A stretch of DNA of 64,000 nucleotides, from the IMG/VR virus record IMGVR_UViG_3300042393_000544, positions 34,114-98,113 of that record; one strand, given 5' to 3'. Source of the stretch: a virus. Taxonomy: Duplodnaviria > Caudoviricetes. A program made the position numbers and the translations under genes. Under the pieces are notes generated by a model. It did no database searches. It was not told where the DNA came from and saw only the letters and a list, made by a program, of their open reading frames with translations. Numbering within the stretch: the stretch's first letter is position 1; each line of letters opens with the position of its first letter. Shown here piece by piece: positions 57,796-64,000 of this stretch.

Positions 57796-58224
57796 TCACC
57801 AACTTGCTTGATATTCAAAATACAGGCGTGGGATTTTCATTAACTCTGTTAACTCGTCCCGTGTCCTAGTCACATCCTCCCAATAATAATCATCAGCTAC
57901 TTCGCTGCCAAAGAAGAACCCTCCAGTTGGCGGCAGCAGCGTTGAATCCTTTTTCTTCAGCACCTCGTCACAGAGATCACGCAGTTTCTCTAGGTCATCA
58001 ATGTCAACATCGTAGGCTTTGCAATCGTCCTCACCGTATTGGACGTTTTTGACAAACCAACCATGAATGGCGTTAGCCTTGCGCCAGTACATACCTCGAA
58101 AGGTTACTTCTGTGACTTCCAAGTCAACGCCCAAAATTTCAGCAATCTGTCTCGCCTTGGCAGCGTCCTCTTCTTCAGAACCCCAAATAAATTTCTTGGC
58201 TCTCAAATACATATCTAAACCCAT
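57796..58224 (-). CDS. Conserved phage protein (MGLDMYL...YWRKAN.IH.WF...Y..SW)
   Basis: Recurrent phage family motif; AAGGAG RBS. Confidence 0.7.
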   Translation of the reverse strand: MGLDMYLRAKKFIWGSEEEDAAKARQIAEILGVDLEVTEVTFRGMYWRKANAIHGWFVKNVQYGEDDCKAYDVDIDDLEKLRDLCDEVLKKKDSTLLPPTGGFFFGSEVADDYYWEDVTRTRDELTELMKIPRLYFEYQASW

Positions 58225-58225
58225 G

Positions 58226-58549
58226 TCATTTCTCCTTAGTTGAGTGTGTCAGCGCCATGTTCCAAAGGTGATAAGCATCAACGATGATCCCATCAATATC
58301 GGGGTGTGGTCTGTCATGTAAAAAATCAAGCAAACACTGTATGTCAAAGCTACTTGCGCTAAAACAGTGTTGATACGCCTCCGCAAATGCTTCGTCATCG
58401 GCAGACAACGGCTTTGCGGTTTCTTCGGGCAGATACCCAGCCAAAGCAACTTCAGGCGTATGGCGAAGTAACTCTTCAATAGACGTTACGTCACCGCTTT
58501 CTACGTCTTTTTTCATTTGCTGCAACACCTTATCAATCAGTTCGTGCAT
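58226..58549 (-). CDS. Hypothetical early protein
   Basis: TAGGAG RBS right after hammerhead 3. Confidence 0.6.
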   Translation of the reverse strand: MHELIDKVLQQMKKDVESGDVTSIEELLRHTPEVALAGYLPEETAKPLSADDEAFAEAYQHCFSASSFDIQCLLDFLHDRPHPDIDGIIVDAYHLWNMALTHSTKEK

Positions 58550-58569
58550 TTCAATACTCCTAGCAGTTA

Positions 58570-58664
58570 ATCAAAGACCAAGTGAGCAATTTGCGGACTA
58601 GCCGTTACGGCGTTTGCGGACTCATGCACACTTGGTTTCGTCCTATCGGACTCTTCAGTTTGAT
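58570..58664 (-). ncRNA. Type I hammerhead ribozyme 3 (extended stem III)
   Basis: Minus strand: ATCAAA CTGAAGA GTCC-GATA-GGAC GAAA CCAAGTG-(insert)-CACTTGG TC TTTGAT. Confidence 0.92.
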
Positions 58665-59020
58665 CCTACGACCTTTTTTAAAATCCAATCATTTAGTGTC
58701 TGATGCGCCAAAACCATATTCTCGTTAATTTTCTCTTCGGTCACGCCCTTGGCAGCGAGGTACTGGCGGTACTCGTACTCAAAGACACAGAGCGGGATTG
58801 CCATGTCACAGTCTTCTTCAAAATTGCCCTGCCACCCTTGGCGGTTGAATGATGCGTCTAGGTATGCCTTTGGCACAAACTCAAGGCGTTGGGCGCTCAG
58901 AATGATCCCGCCGTGGCTTGGCGTGTGTACGATCCAAACCCCTGCCATGATCTCTTCTGCGTCTTCTACCTGACCCCAAAGGGAATAGGTCGGGCGTGGT
59001 GTGTGTGTAAATTCTTGCAT
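58655..59020 (-). CDS. Conserved protein with TPSHGG..LS / EEDC motifs (DUF7007-like)
   Basis: WG......GV..V.TPSHGG..LS and FEEDC; stop codon lies in the hammerhead core. Confidence 0.65.
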   Translation of the reverse strand: MQEFTHTPRPTYSLWGQVEDAEEIMAGVWIVHTPSHGGIILSAQRLEFVPKAYLDASFNRQGWQGNFEEDCDMAIPLCVFEYEYRQYLAAKGVTEEKINENMVLAHQTLNDWILKKVVGSN

Positions 59021-59024
59021 GGTC

Positions 59025-59192
59025 TTACTCCTCGTCAATTGGTTCGTCTACATCGGCTTGTGTGTACCCTGTGAGAATCTCAGGGCGATATTTACTCAAT
59101 ACTTCATTCACGCATTTGTCGCAGACCCTTGCAAGATAAATGCCCTGTGCATCTTTCTCAATCCATGTAGGTTCGTTGTGGTCGCATCTCAT
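59025..59192 (-). CDS. Small Cys-containing protein (not in the ORF track)
   Basis: MRCDH...DAQGIYLARVCDKC...KYRPEIL. Confidence 0.55.
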   Translation of the reverse strand: MRCDHNEPTWIEKDAQGIYLARVCDKCVNEVLSKYRPEILTGYTQADVDEPIDEE

Positions 59193-59401
59193 TTTGTTAA
59201 CTCCGGTTGTTTGTAGGCATCTGCAAAAGCATTACAGTTTTTGTCGTTAAGCCAAACCTCTGCCAAGGCACGAAGCCCTGCGTGAACGGCTGCGAAATCC
59301 TTTTTGGTCTGTTCTGTCTTCTGCCCTTGGTCAATGACATACCAATGAGCGAATGCTATAGCCCCGCTGATAGCATTTAACTGGTCTTTGCTTATGTACA
59401 T
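59189..59401 (-). CDS. Hypothetical early protein
   Basis: GAGG RBS. Confidence 0.5.
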   Translation of the reverse strand: MYISKDQLNAISGAIAFAHWYVIDQGQKTEQTKKDFAAVHAGLRALAEVWLNDKNCNAFADAYKQPELTK

Positions 59402-59558
59402 ATTTCCTCGCTCTCATGGTCAAAATCAACAACATCCAAATCTCTGTCAAGCACGAATGAGTGCCAATGACAAAGAGCATCTTCGTAGGTCACGCATTTG
59501 AATTTAACGTGTCCCTTTGCCCCGTTGTGCAGCCGATAATAAAAGGTGAAGATCATGC

Positions 59559-59765
59559 TCACTCTCCTTTGCCAATAACGTCATTGCTAATGTCATCGAT
59601 CAGTTGATGCAACTCTTCCCAATTGCCATAAGCAATTTTTGTCTTCGTGTCGCTGTCCTTTACTTGATCCCAACCATCGGCATAGACAAAACCGAATTCC
59701 TTTTCATAAAACCAAATTTTGTTGTACAAATGCTCGACTAATTTCTGTCTGCTAAATCTGTTCAT
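59559..59765 (-). CDS. Hypothetical early protein
   Basis: AGGA RBS. Confidence 0.5.
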   Translation of the reverse strand: MNRFSRQKLVEHLYNKIWFYEKEFGFVYADGWDQVKDSDTKTKIAYGNWEELHQLIDDISNDVIGKGE

Positions 59766-59776
59766 TTTTCAATGTC

Positions 59777-60064
59777 CTATTCAATTAACATTACTTTTAT
59801 TTCTTTTTTAATTTCTTCAATATTGTCCGATTCCATAACGTAGTTATCGTCAGACCAGTTGTCATCATTAACGTGATACAAAATGTATTGCTTGCACCCG
59901 CCAGTACGGCGTTTAGGGTTTGCGTATTCGCACCACAGTTTTAAGCCATGCGCCACGTTGACTAGCGATGGACAGGTATCGTTGTGCCACGAATCGTCAA
60001 CGAACCCATCCAATACAGGCAGGGTCGAATCGTAATCAGGAAATTCTTTTAAATAGTGGCTCAT
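59777..60064 (-). CDS. Hypothetical early protein (D.SWHND.CPS motif)
   Basis: EFPDYD...DDSWHNDTCPS. Confidence 0.6.
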   Translation of the reverse strand: MSHYLKEFPDYDSTLPVLDGFVDDSWHNDTCPSLVNVAHGLKLWCEYANPKRRTGGCKQYILYHVNDDNWSDDNYVMESDNIEEIKKEIKVMLIE

Positions 60065-60231
60065 GCTTTCACCACCCATATGTAAAGAAGAGGCTCTTCA
60101 ATGCGCTTAGAATCGATTCTGAGGCCATTTTTACGGTTGTACTTATCAATCCATTGATATGCATCGAACCATGATTCAGCGTCATGCTCTGCAAGCCTTA
60201 TGTCGTTAAATAAAATGACAACGTGCTTCAT
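60061..60231 (-). CDS. Hypothetical early protein
   Basis: ATGA coupling; start MKHVV. Confidence 0.45.
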   Translation of the reverse strand: MKHVVILFNDIRLAEHDAESWFDAYQWIDKYNRKNGLRIDSKRIEEPLLYIWVVKA

Positions 60232-60488
60232 GCTGCACCTATGAGTTTGTTGATACGGTTGCAAGTGTCTGCCAAGTTGTAAGACTGAAACACGATTCCA
60301 CCCGCATATTGCTTGGTATGAAACCGCTTTCCGCCCAGCGCTTTGGCACGAAAAAGAGCAAGGTTATAACGCTGTGTTACGTCAGCGTCACGGTCTGTTG
60401 GCATGGTCAGGTTTGTGTAGTGGCAGACATAGCGAGGGTTGCCATTCCCATCGCTATTGACCCGTGTAAAGGCGGTTATGGCAACCAT
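60228..60488 (-). CDS. Hypothetical early protein
   Basis: D.NGNPRYV.H...GG..F....Y.GGIVFQSYN motif. Confidence 0.65.
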   Translation of the reverse strand: MVAITAFTRVNSDGNGNPRYVCHYTNLTMPTDRDADVTQRYNLALFRAKALGGKRFHTKQYAGGIVFQSYNLADTCNRINKLIGAA

Positions 60489-60490
60489 GA

Positions 60491-60679
60491 TTAAGCCTTG
60501 CCCAACAGGGCAGCGAATTGTTCGTAAACTCGTTGGCGTGAGCCTTTCAGACCTGTCTCTTCCTTGATGATCGTATAGGCGCTTCTGCCGCTGCGGGTCA
60601 TGCCCCGCAACTCTAGCTTTAGCATTTGCAGCAGGGTCAGCAGCCGAAAGTGTTCGATTTGATTTTGTCCAAGCATCAT
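60491..60679 (-). CDS. Hypothetical early protein
   Basis: LKLE..GM..SG.SAY.IIK...GLKG. Confidence 0.55.
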   Translation of the reverse strand: MMLGQNQIEHFRLLTLLQMLKLELRGMTRSGRSAYTIIKEETGLKGSRQRVYEQFAALLGKA

Positions 60680-60681
60680 TT

Positions 60682-61068
60682 TTAATACTCCGAAGTCAAC
60701 ATGAGAATGCCGTTAATGAAGAAGAATTCATACGTACCCGCAGGGCAGTCTGTGAAATCAATCTTGCGCTGTTTAATGCGCTTGCAGTCACCGTCTTCCA
60801 CGTTAATGGTGGCTTTGCCGTTCGCCACAATCAGGTCAATCTTCAGCACATCTTCGGGCAGCGTGGCGTACTCGCTGATGACGATATCCTTGAACCAATG
60901 CGCCCCTGCCTTGTCGCAGAAATATTGAACACCATCGGTATGCAAGACCTTGCTAAACGGGCTTGATTTGTAATAGCCCTGAGTGCCGATAAATTGTGAT
61001 AAATCCATTTCTTTCACTACTCCCATTCCAGTCAGATCGATAGGGTGAATCGTTGGTAAGTTATTCAT
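60682..61068 (-). CDS. DUF6876-like conserved protein
   Basis: L.QF.GT..YY...TDGV.Y...AGA.W..D...TD.P...L.SEY; start after GGAG near 61068. Confidence 0.65.
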   Translation of the reverse strand: MNNLPTIHPIDLTGMGVVKEMDLSQFIGTQGYYKSSPFSKVLHTDGVQYFCDKAGAHWFKDIVISEYATLPEDVLKIDLIVANGKATINVEDGDCKRIKQRKIDFTDCPAGTYEFFFINGILMLTSEY

Positions 61069-61069
61069 T

Positions 61070-61267
61070 TCAGTTTCTCCATTCCAAGTTAAGGGCATCG
61101 TTTGCTTGCGTGAGTTGCTGCGCCTGATCGTCTGTGAGACCGTAGTAATGCGGCTCAACACCGAACCGACCACAGAGGCTGATGTACGGGTTGTAAACTT
61201 CAAAATCGTTAATCTCGTACCCGATAACGGGGCAGTTGTCGGTATTCTTCGTGATGATTAGCTTCAT
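61070..61267 (-). CDS. Hypothetical early protein
   Basis: Start MKLII overlaps the previous stop. Confidence 0.5.
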   Translation of the reverse strand: MKLIITKNTDNCPVIGYEINDFEVYNPYISLCGRFGVEPHYYGLTDDQAQQLTQANDALNLEWRN

Positions 61268-61515
61268 AGCGCCACCCCGATATTCGAGTTGTGAAAATGT
61301 AGTTTTGCTTTCACGCAATCAGAATGCATATCAATAATGTCGCAGCGCATGAAACTTGCTTCTTCTTCAAATTCCCACACACCGCTATCGGTAGGCAGCG
61401 CACCGTAGAAATCATTCAGGGCTTGCTCTTCATCGTCATCAAGACCACTACGGTCATCGTTGACGATTGCCGCAACGAAATGTTGCGAGATTCTGTACTC
61501 GTAATAATCATTCAT
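61264..61515 (-). CDS. Hypothetical early protein
   Basis: AI.N.D.SGL.D.E motif; AAGGAG RBS right after hammerhead 2. Confidence 0.6.
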   Translation of the reverse strand: MNDYYEYRISQHFVAAIVNDDRSGLDDDEEQALNDFYGALPTDSGVWEFEEEASFMRCDIIDMHSDCVKAKLHFHNSNIGVAL

Positions 61516-61533
61516 TGTCATGCTCCTTAGTTT

Positions 61534-61583
61534 GCATAAGACCCCTTGCGGGGTTTCGCCGCATCACGGCTCATCGGTTATGC
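61534..61583 (-). ncRNA. Type I hammerhead ribozyme 2 (CCGAUGA core variant)
   Basis: Minus strand: GCATAA CCGATGA GCCG-TGATG-CGGC GAAA CCCC-GCAA-GGGG TC TTATGC. Confidence 0.85.
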
Positions 61584-61808
61584 TGTTGCTTCTTCCAAGC
61601 TGCTAACGGCTTCTTCTAAGCTGCCTACAGCGCTTTCGAGCGCATCGATAGCTGCCTGTGCAGCCTCGCCCTTGTCGCTGCCTTGGAGGCTCTCAGGCAT
61701 ATTGTCGTAAGCCTCCTCCTCCTCCTCTTTCAGGGTTTCGACCTGTGATTTGAGATCATCGATTTGACCGATCAGTTTGTTGATCGCATCACGGCGTTTG
61801 TTGTTCAT
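61578..61808 (-). CDS. Small acidic helical protein (EE.AYDNMPE.LQ.S.KG family)
   Basis: Recurrent phage motif; stop codon is part of hammerhead stem I. Confidence 0.7.
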   Translation of the reverse strand: MNNKRRDAINKLIGQIDDLKSQVETLKEEEEEAYDNMPESLQGSDKGEAAQAAIDALESAVGSLEEAVSSLEEATA

Positions 61809-61987
61809 GCCAATCCTTTAGCGTGGGGGAAATATTCGTTGACCATCTTGGTTGAGAGAGATTGCAATTGCTTGTTGTTGATCTTGGCAAGGTCGCAGCC
61901 CATAGCCATGATTCGCATTTGTACGTGGAATGCTTGCATTCTGTCGAGAGCGGGAAACCACTTTAGAATTTGTGTTGTCTTGTCCAT
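61805..61987 (-). CDS. Hypothetical early protein
   Basis: GAGG RBS; coupled to the next gene. Confidence 0.45.
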   Translation of the reverse strand: MDKTTQILKWFPALDRMQAFHVQMRIMAMGCDLAKINNKQLQSLSTKMVNEYFPHAKGLA

Positions 61988-61995
61988 GTTGAGCC

Positions 61996-62262
61996 TCAAA
62001 AAAATGTGTTTTCAATATCTGCTAAAGACGGGTACAACTGCAAGCCATTCCAAACCCTGAGCGCATCTTCTAAAGTGTCGAAGCCTTGCTTGTGGTAGCC
62101 CGAACACCAGTCGGGCGTACCCTTCCATTGAATGACGTACTCGTCTTTGTCTTGTTTAAACCAACCGAAGTATTCTGTAAACACGGTTAGCCCTTTCGGG
62201 CGAAAGAATAAATTGCGAGTGTCGTTTGTGCCTTGCACGTAAATCTGATCGATCAATTTCAT
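61996..62262 (-). CDS. Hypothetical early protein
   Basis: ORF within the operon. Confidence 0.5.
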   Translation of the reverse strand: MKLIDQIYVQGTNDTRNLFFRPKGLTVFTEYFGWFKQDKDEYVIQWKGTPDWCSGYHKQGFDTLEDALRVWNGLQLYPSLADIENTFF

Positions 62263-62345
62263 AGCGCACCATCCAAGAGGAAGAAGAGAACAAGAATGAG
62301 ACAGAAAGCGATAGCGTTAAAGCACAGGGTTAACAGGTCATCCAT
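62259..62345 (-). CDS. 28-aa single-TM peptide (not in the ORF track)
   Basis: MDDLLTLCFNAIAFCLILVLFFLLDGAL; GAGGT RBS; ATGA overlap. Confidence 0.5.
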   Translation of the reverse strand: MDDLLTLCFNAIAFCLILVLFFLLDGAL

Positions 62346-62550
62346 GAGTCACCTCAACGGTAGGTAAGCGAAGCGCCAACTGACGGTTACGGCGTGTCTC
62401 AATCGTGACCCAATCAGAGCGAAGAGCGCAGCCCATCCAATCGACAGAATCCTGCCACGACCATGCGTACACGACCTGAGTGTCGTAACCATCCGTAGGC
62501 ATGAAATAAATGCGGTACGGTGCGAACGTGCGGTTAAACCATTTTTTCAT
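62338..62550 (-). CDS. Hypothetical early protein
   Basis: AAGGAG RBS right after hammerhead 1. Confidence 0.6.
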   Translation of the reverse strand: MKKWFNRTFAPYRIYFMPTDGYDTQVVYAWSWQDSVDWMGCALRSDWVTIETRRNRQLALRLPTVEVTHG

Positions 62551-62569
62551 TTTGCTACTCCTTTTGTTT

Positions 62570-62620
62570 GCATAAGACCGCCGTAGCGGTTTCGGGGAAT
62601 CACCCCATCATCAGTTATGC
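62570..62620 (-). ncRNA. Type I hammerhead ribozyme 1
   Basis: Minus strand: GCATAA CTGATGA T GGGG-TGATT-CCCC GAAA CCGC-TACG-GCGG TC TTATGC. Confidence 0.92.
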
Positions 62621-62815
62621 TGTTATGCGGAAATCTAAGTTATCCCATTGGCGCTCTTGCGCTTGTGCGACACGCAACTTGCAGCCTTTCAGGGTATCGG
62701 CTTGCACGGTCTCGTTTCCTACGGTTGCTACCCAAACAGAGATGATCTTGCCGCTGCGAGTGGCAATCCGTTTCTGTGAATAAATCGTCATTGTTGTGGC
62801 TCTGTTCATTTTCAT
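62615..62815 (-). CDS. Small basic early protein
   Basis: TAGGAG RBS; exact start uncertain; stop codon is part of hammerhead stem I. Confidence 0.55.
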   Translation of the reverse strand: MKMNRATTMTIYSQKRIATRSGKIISVWVATVGNETVQADTLKGCKLRVAQAQERQWDNLDFRITA

Positions 62816-62826
62816 ACTCCTAGTAG

Positions 62827-62842
62827 CGGGGCTTTCGCCCCT
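62827..62842 (-). other. GNRA-capped intergenic hairpin
   Basis: GGGGC-GAAA-GCCCC between the first gene's stop and the next RBS. Confidence 0.55.
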
Positions 62843-62849
62843 GTGGGTT

Positions 62850-63113
62850 TTACTGTGTGTGAGCCTCTCTGATTTCACGGGCAATATCCATTAGCTTTAA
62901 GTAATCATCGCCGCACAACATACGACCATCGTATTCATAGTCGTAGCCGTACATAACATCACGTTGATTTAACTCACGGTTGTAGAGAATCCCCTCTATG
63001 TGGCGTGCATGGTCTACGAAGAGAATGCGGGTATCGTCTATGCGAACAGCGGTGATAGGCTGACCCTCTGCGGTGTATGCACGCCCTGTGTTGAAGTGAA
63101 TCGTTTGGTTCAT
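62850..63113 (-). CDS. First gene of the leftward operon, hypothetical
   Basis: FNTGR.Y...GQ.I...F.D..R.I.G; TAGGAG RBS. Confidence 0.6.
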   Translation of the reverse strand: MNQTIHFNTGRAYTAEGQPITAVRIDDTRILFVDHARHIEGILYNRELNQRDVMYGYDYEYDGRMLCGDDYLKLMDIAREIREAHTQ

Positions 63114-63164
63114 TTTGCTACTCCTAGTAGGTGGGTTGGTGTTCGATGCAACTGGTACTAAAGG

Positions 63165-63196
63165 GAATTATATAGGAAAAACTTGATTTGCAAGCG
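63165..63196 (-). promoter_or_regulatory. Sigma70-like promoter of the leftward (putative early) operon
   Basis: Minus strand TTGCAA...TATAAT (spacer slightly short) with an AT-rich upstream tract. Confidence 0.6.
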
Positions 63197-63422
63197 TTTT
63201 ATTGAAATTTATTGAAAATATTTTTATTGCCTATGAATCAAGGGTTTAGGCGTGAATCCACCAGCGCATCGATTGCCGCTGCCGAAGTGAGTCTCGCAGC
63301 GAGAATAGGCTCTGCCGCCGGAGATAGCGCCCGAAGAGAGCGAAGCGAAACAGCCCGTCTTGTTATGCTTCTCAAGCTGTCCTACAATCGCAGCTAAGAG
63401 CAACATACTCAACGGATACCGT

Positions 63423-64000
63423 ATGAAACGACTAACGAAAGCTGAGATAGCACAAGGCATGAAGACAGTACCGATAGAGACCATCATCTTAGGCAGCCAA
63501 AGCAAGCAAGGTATCAAACTCACCAAGAGACAAAAGGAATTCGCAGAGCAAGTGGTAAGCACAGGCAACAAGAGCGAAGCCTACCGAAGAAGTTACAACC
63601 ACACAGGCAAGAGGACAACCGCAGCGAGGAATGCACAGACCATCTCAAAATCTACCAACGTGCAAACATACATCCAAGCCCTGACACTAGCGAAAGAGAG
63701 CGAGGAATATCTTTTACCCCAACGTCTCAGAGCTATGGCTATCCATAAGCTATCCACAATGGCACTGGATGACACGATGCCCCCCGCACAGCAACTCAAG
63801 GCGTTAGAACTCGTTGGCAAGATGACTGAGGTGGCATTGTTCTCTGAACGCAGAGAGATCGTACACAGTCTCGACTCGTCATCACTCAAGGCGAAGCTGA
63901 TGGATGCGGTACAGCTCGCAATCGCCAGCAGTAAAAGTATTCGGACAACAACCAAGCGGACAGCACAACAGCTACTCGCTGAGATCGATGAACCAACTGA
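63423..64000 (+). CDS. terS: Terminase small subunit (runs off the window end)
   Basis: LTKRQKEFAEQVV..GNKSEAYRRSY and LKALELVGK motifs; no stop before 64000. Confidence 0.75.
   Translation, partial: MKRLTKAEIAQGMKTVPIETIILGSQSKQGIKLTKRQKEFAEQVVSTGNKSEAYRRSYNHTGKRTTAARNAQTISKSTNVQTYIQALTLAKESEEYLLPQRLRAMAIHKLSTMALDDTMPPAQQLKALELVGKMTEVALFSERREIVHSLDSSSLKAKLMDAVQLAIASSKSIRTTTKRTAQQLLAEIDEPT

Noticed and set aside
63230-63420. GC-rich gap before terS as a pac site or ncRNA
   Set aside because: Plausible by position, but no clear repeat or stable fold could be supported by eye.
63593-63955. 120-aa minus-strand ORF resembling a lipoprotein
   Set aside because: Antisense to the better-supported small terminase ORF.

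Overview
The window is most of a tailed dsDNA phage genome with podovirus-like architecture; no host genes or integrase are visible. Left to right on +: (1) head module (1-13.8 kb): large cargo-like protein, portal, GroES, scaffold, major capsid and several small basic proteins; (2) tail/fibre module with four Gly-rich paralogues and an HNH-AP2 insert; (3) lysis genes; (4) tail nozzle, ejection proteins and a 3877-aa DarB-like polyvalent protein (FtsK-gamma, adenine MTase, Strawberry-notch helicase, HExxH, LPD38-like); (5) recombination/replication genes (exonuclease, ERF, ParB-like, SF2 helicase, Toprim primase). A leftward operon of small putative early genes (54.9-63.1 kb) follows, then a truncated small terminase. 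Strongest signals: three type I hammerhead ribozymes in the leftward operon, each overlapping an upstream stop codon and cutting just before the next RBS; a xxGG motif shared by putative head-cargo proteins, with a candidate processing domain; stand-alone RNAP alpha-CTD and sigma-70 region 4 mimics; iteron-like repeats inside erf; a C4-like RNA followed by a second structured RNA. A base-composition change suggests the contig may be mosaic or chimeric. All calls are by eye; no searches were run.
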